DNA of 34,223 nucleotides, taken from NCBI GenBank assembly GCA_001275005.1, contig JWZX01002320.1, positions 1 through 34,223 of the forward strand, in the 5' to 3' direction. Made by a program: the position numbers and the translations under genes. The DNA comes from Chrysochromulina tobinii. Its lineage: Eukaryota. Shown here piece by piece: positions 16,692-26,698 of the stretch (the first letter of the stretch is position 1; each line of letters begins with the position of its first letter). The notes beneath the pieces were generated by a model. The model had not been told where the DNA came from. It saw only the letters and a program-made list of their open reading frames with translations, and did no database searches.

Positions 16692-19600
16692 ATGGCGGCG
16701 GCCGCTCCACGGGAGGCCAGGAGCGGCCCACCGGCTCCGGTTCAAGGGACGCCCACGTCTGCTCCTCCTCCGCAGCCCCCTGCTCCGCCGCCCGTGGTCC
16801 CAAACGGGACGCCGCCCGACCTCGCCCTCGCCTTCGCCGAGCTGGACGTGCCTGGCGGCCCTGCTTCCCTGCCTCCGTCGCACCGCCACTCGATGAACCT
16901 GGGATTCGCGAGAGAGGTGGCGCGCCTTCACGTGGGTGCGCCCGTCATGCGTGCCGCCGAGGCGAATCGACGCTTGGTGCATGAGCTCGCCCAACGCGCC
17001 TCCGCCGCGCCCTCTTCCCTTTCGTCGTTGGTGGAGATTTGCCGCCAGTACTTGAGCTGCTGTGCTCAGGACTTGGCCCCTCTCGCGTGCGGGCTTGAGG
17101 CGCCATGCCGCGAGCTGCTCAGCTACGCCAGCACGATCGGCGCGGAGGACGCTGCCAGGCTCGAAGCCGACTTTCGCGCTTCCGTGAGCGCCGCGCGGCT
17201 TGAATCCCCGCCCATCCCCAGCCCCGCTCCCCCGTCACCCTCCCCCCCTCGTATGCCTGCCCATCCCCGCCCCCCACCCCCGCGACGAGGTCGTCTTTGG
17301 CTGCATCACCGCCTGTCCTGCCTGTTTCGTGCAGGTCGAGCTCAACGTCCACGGCTGCGCCGTCTCGCGCGCGGCCGCGCTGAACGACGAGTTTGTCGCC
17401 TACCTTCGGCTCGTCTACCCTCCCGTCTCCGGCGAGTGCCTCTTCTCTCCGGGCGCCGAGGCCTTGGACGCGCACTGCGAAGGCTACCTCCGGCTGGCGT
17501 GCGACCTCCGGGCGAGCTTTGAAGGCGACTCCCCAGCAGCCTCTGCCCCGGCCCTGCCCGACTGCGGCTTCGAGGAGCGCTGCCGCAGCTACCTGCATCA
17601 CGCGGATCCGACCTCGGCGACGCGGCTGGCCACAGCCACGGCGGCCGAAGCGGGCCCACCGCCTGTTGCCCCGGCCGCCGCCCCGCACCCTGCCGCCGCA
17701 TCTTCTCCTCTGCCCCCCGATCCGGACGCCCAACGCGCGTCACGGCAGCGATGGGCAGCGGCGCTCGCCCACCTTCGTCCGCGTCTGAGCGGCGGCGCTT
17801 CAGCCCCCGACAGTGCAGGCGCCTTCTCCTTCTCGCTCCCACCGTCGCGTCAGCCCTCGGGCCGAGCATCGTGCCCGCCGTCGCGCCAGCCTAGTGAGGC
17901 CGCACGCCAGCCGATGGCGGCCGAGACCGAGGCGGAGGTGCCGCGCGAGATGTGCCCCGTGTGCGACTGCGAGCCGGCCGACTTCATCCCATCGTGCGGC
18001 CACGCCACGTGCTCCGACTGCGCCATTCGGATGCTGCGCGCAGCGTGCGACGACCAGAGGTCGGCCCTGGACGCGAGCGGCTTTGCGTGTGTGCAGCGGT
18101 GCGAGCGCCGCATCGGCCCCAACGACGTGGAGCCGCTCCTCACAGACCCCGCCAGCAGCCGTCTGAGCGCGATCCGGGGTGGCGCGCCCGATCCTGGTGC
18201 GCAGTTTGGCGGGCGGGGGGCTGATGGAGCGCTCGGGCTGAGCTACGAGGAGTATGAGCGCTTCCGCCAGTTTGTGCTTCAGGCGTCCATCCCCGTCGAC
18301 GAGCGTGTCCACTGCCCCAGGTGCGAGCGGGCCTCGGCGCGGGCCGATGTCACCACCGATGGCGGCGGCGGCGGCACGCGCGGGCTGCGCTGCCCACACT
18401 GCCAGCACTGCTGGCGCCCGGACGCGACGGACGCGCAGGGCCCGTCCACGACGGCGACGGACGCGTACATTGGCGCCACCAGCCGGCAGTGCCCCAACTG
18501 CGACGTGCCGGTCACCAAGTGGCACGGCCACAGCTGCCACCACATCTCGCCGCAGACCAACGGCTGCCCCAACTGCCACCAGCACTTTTGCTATGTGTGC
18601 CTCCACAAGCACGGCCGGCCCGGCGAGCGCGCGTTCCACAGCGAATGCGCCCACCACCAAACCTTTTGCCGATTGGACGACATCGGCCTTCACCTCGGCA
18701 TGGAGCCGTACCCGCACGACGTGCGCTGCGGCTGCCCCATTTGCCCCGACTGTCGGAGGGGCGTGCCGTGCGAGCTGTGCGACGGGGGCTGCGTGGTGTG
18801 CCGCGGCCTCGTGCCCCCGGGGCCGACGGAGCTCGCAACGCCGGCGGCCGCGTGCACGGTCGCGGGCTGCGTGGTGCACGACGAGGCCGCGGCGGCCAGG
18901 TGCCGGAGGCGCGAGGCGGAGCTGCAGTGGGCGGAGCGGCAGCGGCCGACGCAGGGTGCTGAGGTGTACCATGCCGTCGTCCCGGAGGGCGTCACGACGC
19001 TCGAGGCAGGGTACTTTCGTGGGCGGCGGGATCTACGGTCGGTGGCGCTGCCGGCGAGCCTGACGCGCATCGGCGATCGCGCGTTTCAAGGCTTCCACTC
19101 GCTCGCACTGGGGGAGCTGCCCGCGTCCCTCACGAGCATCGGCGATGACGCCTTCGCCGGGTGCTCCTCCCTCGCGCTGAGGGAGCTGCCCGCGTCCCTC
19201 ACGAGCATCGGCGATGACGCCTTCTACGGGTGCTCCTCCCTCGCGCTGAGGGAGCTGCCCGCGTCCCTCACGAGCATCGGCGGTGGCGCCTTCTTTGAGT
19301 GCTCCTCCCTCGCGCTGAGGGAGCTGCCCGCGTCCCTCACGAGCATCGGCGATCGCGCCTTCAACGGGTGCTCCTCCCTCGCGCTGAGGGAGCTGCCCGC
19401 GTCCCTCACGAGCATCGGCGATGGCGCCTTTGACGGGTGCTCCTCCCTCGCGCTGGGAGAGCTGCCCGCGTCCCTCATAAACGTCGGCGATTGGGCCTTC
19501 CGCGGGTGCTCTTCCCTCGCGCTGAGGGAGCTGCCCGCGTCCCTCACGAGCATCGGCGATGGCGCCTTTGACGGGTGCTCCTCCCTCGCGCTGGGAGAGC

Positions 19601-20742
19601 TGCCCGCGTCCCTCACGAGCATCGGCGATTACGCCTTCGCCGGGTGCTCCTCCCTCGCGCTGGGGGAGCTGCCCGCGTCCCTCACGAGCATCGGCCGTGG
19701 CGCCTTCAACGGGTGCTCCTCCCTCGCGCTGAGGGAGCTGCCCGCGTCCCTCACGAGCATCGGCGATCGCGCCTTCTTCGAGTGCTCCTCCCTCGCGCTG
19801 AGGGAGCTGCCCGCGTCCCTCACGAGCATCGGCCGTGGCGCCTTCAACGGTTGTACCATGGTTGTCCCGGAGGGCGTCACGACGCTCGAGGCAGGGTACT
19901 TTCGTGGATGCCGGGACCTACAGTCGGTTGCGCTGCCGGCGAGCCTCACGCGCATCGGCGATCGCGCGTTTGAAGGCTTCCACTCGCTGGCGCTGAGGGA
20001 GCTGCCCGCGTCCCTCACGAGCATCGGCGATCACGCCTTCGAAGGGTGCTCCTCCCTGGCGCTGAGGGAGCTGCCCGCGTCCCTCACGAGCATCGGCAAT
20101 CGCGCCTTCTTCGGGTGCTCTTCCCTCGCGCTGGGGGAGCTGCCCGCGTCCCTCACGAGCATCGGCGAGAGCGCCTTCGATGGGTGCGCCTTCGCTGTCG
20201 TCCGGAAGGGTGTCATGATGCTCGAGGAATGGCACTTTTGTAGGCGGCGTGACCTACGGTCGGTGGTGCTGCCCGCGTCCCTCACGAGCATCGGTTGGGG
20301 CGCCTTCCACGGGTGCTCTTCCCTCGCGCTGACGGAGCTGCCCGCGTCCCTCACGAGCATCGGCGATGGCGCCTTCGCCGGGTGCTCCTCCCTCGCGCTG
20401 GGGAAGCTGCCCGCGTCCCTCACGAGCATCGGCTATCGCGCCTTCTACGGGTGCTCCTCCCTCGCGCTGAGGGAGCTGCCCGCGTCCCTCACGAGCATCG
20501 GCGGTGGCGCCTTCTTTGAGTGCTCCTCCCTCGCGCTGAGGGTGCTGCTAAGCTCCTTCTTGAGGGCAGGGGGGGGAGGGTTTCGCTGGGCCGGGCGACT
20601 GCTACTGCTATCTCTTTTGTTGCGCGCTTGTATTGACGCCTCCGTGTTCTGGCTCTCCATCGCTCTCACTCTCGCTGCTGGCGCTGCTGCCGTTGCTCCG
20701 TCCTCTGTGCATTCGATTCTCCGTCACGTGTTAGCAGTGTGA
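16692..20742 (+). CDS. RBR (RING1-IBR-Rcat) E3 ubiquitin ligase fused to BspA/TpLRR-type leucine-rich repeats with a hydrophobic C-terminus; exons 16692-17183 and 17335-20742
   Basis: Canonical intron GTGAGC...CTGTTTCGTGCAG (17184-17334) joins two ORFs in phase. RING1 CPVC..CGHATCSDC..C..RC; IBR-like HCPRC..RCPHCQHCW; Rcat-like QCPNC..K..GHSCHHI..CPNC..HFCYVC; extra Cys-rich region; LRR units LALRELPASLTSIGxxAFxGCSS. Start uncertain (16563, 16692 or 16893). Confidence 0.85.
17184..17334 (+). other. Conventional (non-repetitive) spliceosomal intron
   Basis: GTGAG donor, pyrimidine-rich TGCAG acceptor, resolves the frame change. Lacks the family A/B cores and exon copies. Confidence 0.75.
18976..20541 (+). 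repeat. Tandem array of ~20 69-nt LRR units plus 3 cap-like units
   Basis: The scaffold CTCGCGCTG(A/G)GGGAGCTGCCCGCGTCCCTCACGAGCATCGGC......GCCTTC...GGGTGCTCCTCC recurs with a 69-nt period. Confidence 0.95.
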
Positions 20743-21333
20743 CATCATCAGCGTAAACGCATCCAAGGCGTGGCAGTGCGGCAGCGGCAGTGAGGCAGCA
20801 GCGGTGTGGCAGTTTGTGGCAGCAGCGGCAAGTGGCAGGTGCGGGGCAAGACCGGGCGGGGATGGTCAATCAATGTGTCGCGCGTGCGTTCGTGCGGGTG
20901 CGGGGGTCTGGGGCACGCATCGCGGGGTTGCCGCCAGGGGGGTCGTTCAGAGCGAGCGTCGGGTATAATAGAGGCCAGCCTTGGTAGCTTCGGGTAGGAT
21001 GGTTTTGAAATGTTTATCATTTTTACGCATCCAACGACGATGCTGTAGAGATCAGGCATACCCCGTGCGTAGCCTAGTCGTGCCTCTCGTCTAGACGGAG
21101 CATCAACCTCCTCGCCACCTAACCTGCTAAACCAGCATGTTGATCCACCTACGCTGTACACAATTCATTATAGTTACGATGCACACGGACCGCCACGTCT
21201 GTGGGGAGTGGGCCGACCGCGCCGAGCGGGTCTGCCCGCACCCACGCCGCCCCAGTAATATCCCATGGTGTCACGCATCCGAATCATGTCTAGCGCCGTA
21301 GTGACTCAAAGTCGGCGGGGCTCTCGCGACTTG

Positions 21334-22639
21334 TCACGCCGAGCCGGCGCCTTCACACCGCCGCCTGTTCACACCGCCGCCTGTTCGTAGCGCGAACCCG
21401 ACCGAGGTCCATCCGTGCGCATCGAGCTCGATGTTGGTGGTGACTGCGGCGGTGACGCTAGCGCTGCCGTCGGCTTTGAGGCGAGAGAAGAGCGAGACGT
21501 ACGAGCGCTCATACACGAGCGCCGTCGGGTGCACCGTCACCTGTGGGGAAGAGGCAGCGCCGTGGTGAGCGCATACATGCAGCTAGACGTACGCGCGCTC
21601 AAACACGAGCGCCGTCGGGTGCACCGCCCCTCGCAATCAGCGGCCATCAGGGGCAATCAGCGCCGTCGGGCGCGCGGTCACCTCCGCACCCAGCGCGTCA
21701 TCGTCCACGCAAAGCGCCGTGCAGACGACGTCCAATCGCTGTCGAAAGGACTGGCCGTTGCCGAGAAGCCGCCCAATGCCGGTGACACACAGGGCGTTCG
21801 AGCCCATCGCCTGAGCGCCAGCGCCCTCAAAGAGGCGTGCAAACTGCGCCTCCGTCGTGTGCGCATACATCTCGAGCACGATCACGCCGACATTGTTCAC
21901 CACGCGCGGCTGCCCGTCGAAGACGACTGAGAAGGCCACGCACAGGGGCGCGTCCGCTCCGCCCTTGCCAAGGGCGAGCATGGCATCCTTGAGCATGGCG
22001 AAGTAGGCTGCGAAGCGCCGGTTGCTGCCCTCGGCCGCGCGCACCGTGTACCACTTGAGCAGGTGCTGGTTTGGGCCGCTGGGCACTTCGTGCATTGGCT
22101 TCCTCATGAAGCGCAGCGTGTGGGGGAGGCGTGCGCACGGCACAGAGCAAGCCGTAGAGGGGGCTCGAGGGTGGGAGCTTACGTGGCGGGGTGCCGAGCA
22201 TCGACTCGATGCATCGGAGGAACATGGAGCCACCCAAGTAGCGGTGGTCGGCGTCAAGCTCGACGAGCAGCCGATCGGGGTCCCCACGCACTCGCATCGC
22301 GTCGTGCTTTCCAGCGAGCACATCGGCAACGGTCTCGATGCCCTTGAAGCGAGGGCTCGCGACCGCGATCCACTCGACCACTTGGTCGGTCCGCCTCGAG
22401 TCCAAATTGCGAAAGTATTGCTCGTAATCCTTCAGGCTTGGCATCACGAAGCGGGAAGTCAGCGTGCGCTCGCCCGCGCCGTAGCGCTTCGCATCCTCGA
22501 GCTTGGCCTGGTGGAACTCGTCCTCGATGGTCTGTGACTTGACCTGAAGGCCCAGGGCGGCACGCAGCACCACGAACATCGGAGACACGATAGCCTGATG
22601 GAGCACCCGTATCCACTGTAGGATCGTGGTCAACACCAT
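21334..22639 (-). CDS. Hypothetical protein, possibly CoA-dependent acyltransferase/condensation-like fold; apparent frameshift near 22130 (pseudogene or assembly error); intron 21541-21681
   Basis: ATG at 22639. Frame 1 is protein-like to ..LYGLLCAVR; frame 2 is protein-like from RLPHTLRFMRKP. Motifs LDADHRYLGG and VAFSVVFD..PRVVNNVGVI. Last exon 21540-21334 is in phase. Confidence 0.6.
21541..21681 (-). other. Hybrid family A/B intron
   Basis: GTGACC + short exon copy + CTGATTGCCCCTGATGGCCGCTGATTG (A core) + ~40-nt copy of the downstream exon + GCATGTATGCGCTCACCACGGCGCTGCCTCTTCCCCACAG (B end). Confidence 0.85.
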
Positions 22640-22832
22640 TTGTGAGTCCAAAAATACATTCGTTTGAAAGCAATTTGGATTGACTTGTCTTGATTTGCCT
22701 CCTGAACTTCCGCCGTGGGCGATCTTTGCCGCGTGACGCCCAAAGTTACGCGGCTCCTGTAAAGCTTATTCATAGAGGAGGGTGCAGGAACATGTACCGG
22801 TAGCACCGATCGGCGCAGCTCGTTGACGACAC

Positions 22833-24204
22833 ATGGTTCTCGGAGCCAGTGCGCTCTTCCTTCTGCTCGAGTACCTGCAATTCTATCGTGACACGCTTCA
22901 AAACCGGCATTATCTCAAATATCCCAACAACGCCGACGTCGATGGCTCCATAGCCTTTCATACCTGGCCACCCGGGGCGAATGCGATGACGATGGCTGGC
23001 CAGAGGCGACTTGACCACACCGTTGCGATCATCGCAACGGCGATCGCCGATGGCATCCCAGGACATTTCATCGAGACGGGCGTGTGGCGTGGTGGTATGT
23101 CCTTCATGGCCGCGAAGGCGCTCGAGGTGCTTGCGACCATTGAGACGGAGCGTACTGGAGTGGCAACGCCTCCGCGCCTGGTGTACCTGTGCGACAGCTT
23201 CGCCGGAATTCCGGAGCAGACATCGTACGGTCGCGGCCGAGACCATGTGCACCCCGCCTCGGGCCTGGATCGCAAAGCGCACGCATTCGGCATCCTGAAC
23301 GACAACTCGGTGGACAGGGTGCGAGAGGATGCTGCGAGGGTGAATCTCGGGCCGACGCTACGCTGGGTGCCCGGCTATTTCAACGAGTCGTTGCCGCGGT
23401 TGGCGCGCGAAGAGCCCTCGCTCACCTTCCTCACGATTCGACTCGACGGCGATGCGTATTGGTCCACCTACGAGGCGCTCACCGTGCTCTACCCGAGGCT
23501 CTCGCCAGGTGCGGACCGCTGATGACGTCTGATTGCGTGGATCACATCTGATGGCCACTGATTGCATCTCTACCCGCCGCCCTTGGCAGGCGGGTTCGTC
23601 ATCATCGACGACTTTACAGATTGGACTACCTGCCGCGAGGCGGTCGACAGGTACCGCGCCGAGCAGCGCATCGCTGATGACCACTGATTGCGTTGATGAC
23701 ATCTGATTGCGCGAGGCGGTCGACAGGTACCGCGCCGAGCAGCGCATCACAGCGCCGGTCGTACTCGTGCCGCACAAGCGAAACGAGGTCGTGCGGGGCG
23801 CCTATTGGCGGAAGCCCAGGGAAGGATCCAAATTAGGCAAAGGACAACCCGAGCATTCCAAATTAGGGTCACCCCCGCCGCTGTGCGTCGGGGATGGCGG
23901 GCACGGAGCTGTCCGGGTACCTGGCAGCTACAACCCTTCGAACGCGGTGCCAGTCGGACCGCCTGCAAGCGTGTGGAGCTCTCCAGCAACGAACTCGTGG
24001 AAGCTCGAGCAGTACGTGCCGCCTGCGCAGATCTACATGTGCACGAAGAGTGAGGCCGAGGAGGCGCTCGAGACGATCGACAAGCCGGCTCCAACGGCCG
24101 ACGCTCAGGAGAGCGAAGTAGACAGGCGCCGAAGGCAAAAGCTTCAACTGCAGAGCGCAGCGTTGCGTGGAAGCAGCAAGAGCGTGGAGCTGCGCGCCTT
24201 GTAG
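22833..24204 (+). CDS. TylF/MycF/NovP-family (macrocin-type) SAM-dependent O-methyltransferase; exons 22833-23508, 23590-23650, 23727-24204
   Basis: Motifs WP..AMTM.G..RL, IPGHFIETGVWRGG, VYLCDSFAGIP, VPGYFNESLP, IRLDGDAYWSTYEALTVLYPRLSPG|GFVIIDD, CREAVDRYR, GAYWRK. Hydrophobic N-terminus. Confidence 0.92.
23509..23589 (+). other. TylF-like gene intron 1 (family A-like core)
   Basis: GTGCGG..CTGATGACGTCTGATTG..CTGATGGCCACTGATTG..TTGGCAG. Splicing restores LSPGGFVIIDD. Confidence 0.88.
23651..23726 (+). other. TylF-like gene intron 2 (both splice sites derived from a 39-nt exon duplication)
   Basis: Perfect direct repeats at 23634-23672 and 23710-23748, each containing CAG|GTA, flank a 37-nt CTGAT-rich core. 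Confidence 0.9.
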
Positions 24205-24417
24205 GGTCACCTTCGTGGGATGGCACAGACCGCTGGACAACACAAGCGACCTCGGTTCTCGCACTCTCTCTTTAGAGAGTCATTCGTCGCTGCGGAATTG
24301 ACCCGTCTTTTCCACATGTTACCTACTCAATTGGACCAGAATCAGTTGGACCGACATCAATGGTATAGGACAGCACATTGTTCACAGTTTCGGTCAATTC
24401 ACACTCGACGTTTTCCG

Positions 24418-26448
24418 ATGATGTTGCTCGTCATTGAGGTCTGCCTCAGCTCCTGGCGTACAGCGGGAGGCCTTGCCAAGCCCTTCCAGCGCATGGGCAG
24501 CACTCCCGTTGATGACGTGGAGTCGAGCTCGCTGGCTGCTCTTCCAACGTACACCGTGGATGGGTTGCCGCGTTTGCGCTTTGCGCGAGAGCTCTTATCC
24601 GCGGATACCGACGTGCTCCAGGAGCTGATCTGTGAGGAGGCTAGCTTTTGGAGCTTGCCGCTGTCCAAGACGCTGCTGCCGCGCCATGCTTTCCTGCGCG
24701 CCCGAGGGCTTCCACACGGATCCCACTTGCTGCGTGACCATCGACACGGGCTGCAGCAGCTCTTGCTTCGCCCGCAGTCAGACGCGCAGTTCGCCACCGC
24801 CGTCGCCAATCTTTCGAGTCCTGGGGTCCGGCCCTCAGAGCTGTGCCTCGACTTTGCCTCCTTTGCCAGCCGATTCCGAAAGGGTGGCTTCGACGCGGCA
24901 CGTGCGGGCGATACGGCCGTGCTCGAGGCCCTGCTTGCGCACGGCTGGTGTGCTCGCACCGCTAGGGACAAGCGCGGTGCCTCGGCGCTCCACTACGCAG
25001 CTGGGCACGGCCATGTCGAGTGCTGCGCGCTGCTCTGTGCGGCGGGCCTCGAGGTGGACGATCGAGCTCAAGACGGCGCGACGCCTCTGCACTGGGCGGT
25101 TGCGGGAATGACCTCAAGGGGCAACCCTCGAGATCGTGCTCACGACGGCGCTCCCCGTGCTGACGACCGACAAGGGCGGGACAGCGCGGGTCCAAATGGT
25201 TTCGGGACCGGCGGCCACTTAGGGATGGCCAAATGGCTCGTGGGCCGTGGAGCGGATGTGGGCGCGCAGACCGTCGATGGGAACAGTATCCTGCACTGGT
25301 GCGCGTGGGCAGGGACGCTCGAAGTTCTGACGTGGCTCACCGACCATATTAGGCAGCTGCAGCGGTCAGGTCTCGCCATGCACGGCGGCGGAACAAGTAC
25401 CACCAGCGACGGGTCCTGCTCGCTCAGCGGGGCGTCCCCTTCCAAATTAGACAAGAGGATGTCCGATTCTCTGAGTGTGCACGCGCTCAATCGCAACGGC
25501 TGCAGTGCGGCACACTGGGCTGCATCTGGCGGCGGGCTCGAGGTCTGCCAATGGCTCGCTGAAGAGCTCGAGCTCGACTTCTCGTTGCCTAATTTGGAAG
25601 GGAACACCCCGCTCACCAAGGCCATTGAGCATGGACGAGAGGAGATTGTGCGTGGATCGCCACTGATCGCCCATGAGTGCCACAGCTAATTGCCACTGAT
25701 GGCCACAGATGGCCACCGATTGCCACTGATTGCCACTGATTGCCACTGATCGCCCATGAGTGCCACAGCTGACGGCCACTGTTGGCCACTGATGGCCACC
25801 GATTTCCACTGATTGCCAATGATGCCAATGATTGCCACTAATTGCCACTGATTGCCACAGCTGATGGCCTCTGGCGGCCACTGATGAGTGCAGCTGAGTG
25901 CGGCTGAGTGCGCTGGCTCCTGATGACCTCTGATGACCTCTAATTGCCATCCTCATCAGGTGCGCTGGCTCCTGGTGAGCGGCAGTTGCGAGCCTACGCT
26001 CGCTGAGGCGGCTGGCTATGCGGCGCGGCTTGCCGCCCGGCATGCGGCCGAGGACACCACAGATCGCATCTCCGAGATGATGCAGAGCTATTTGCTCGCA
26101 CAGCATTATCTGACGCAGCAGCAGCAGCAGGAGGCAACGCCAATGCCGGGTGCGGACGACGCACCGCCAGATCTTGCGGAGATGACACCACCTGCCGATA
26201 ACAAGGCGCGTGAGGGCACGCGCGCGCCCGATACGGCTCCGAGGCACGCGCGCGCGCCCGATACGGCGCCCAGCGAGACGCTCGTGCGCCTCATTGACGA
26301 GGCTCTGAGGCACGAGCGCGCACGCAGTGTGGTGGCCGAGGAGCGAGCTGCGAGGCTCGAGGCCCAGCTGGCGCACGTGAGCAGGCAGCTCTTCGAGGCA
26401 CAGGCCAAGGCCATTGAGCTCCTGGAGCGCAGCACCAGTAGTAAGTAG
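24418..26448 (+). CDS. Ankyrin-repeat protein with C-terminal coiled coil; exons 24418-25647 and 25960-26448
   Basis: ANK motifs GASALHYAAGHGH, GATPLHWAV, GNSILHWCAWAG, GCSAAHWAASGG, GNTPLTKAIEHGREEI|VRWLL. The frame is open from ATG 24220, so the start is uncertain. Confidence 0.88.
25648..25959 (+). other. Ankyrin gene intron (family A; expanded CCACTGATTG-type array)
   Basis: GTGCGT...CTCTAATTGCCATCCTCATCAG. Internal copy GTGCGCTGGCTCCTG of the downstream exon start near 25908. Confidence 0.88.
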
Positions 26449-26698
26449 AAGAATCCAAATGTAAAGTCTAGCATCAAGCATGTGGTCGGGTGTTCGTCGA
26501 GGCGGGTCAGTTTCTGCATGTAGTCTGCGAAGAAGACGTGTGATTTGCGTTCACGCTTGTGTCGGCGTCAAGTCAAATCCATGCATAAACAACAGACAAC
26601 CCCTTTAGACTTGAAACACGACTTGACTTCACATGAAGGGTCGCGCGCTGTCGCGGGCTCGCAGAAGGGACGCAATACGAATCATGAAACCGCATGGG

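Noticed and set aside
17200..17334. Programmed frameshift or poly-C sequencing error in the RBR gene
   Set aside because: A canonical in-phase intron (17184-17334) explains the frame change.
17800..18972. Long antisense ORFs (also 30972-31994, 25447-26481 and many others)
   Set aside because: Shadow frames of real genes, expected in high-GC DNA, with no domain motifs.
18976..20541. Diversity-generating retroelement
   Set aside because: No reverse transcriptase or non-coding template repeat is in the window, and several variants do not fit A-only mutagenesis. Kept only as a testable analogy.
20765..20845. GGCAG-rich repeats downstream of the RBR-LRR gene
   Set aside because: Irregular low-complexity 3' UTR-like sequence with no defined unit or flanking structure.
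24204..24222. Second polycistronic junction (TylF stop at 24204, ATG at 24220)
   Set aside because: The first 66 codons are AT-richer and look like UTR or promoter sequence. ATG 24418 is a more plausible start, so evidence is insufficient.
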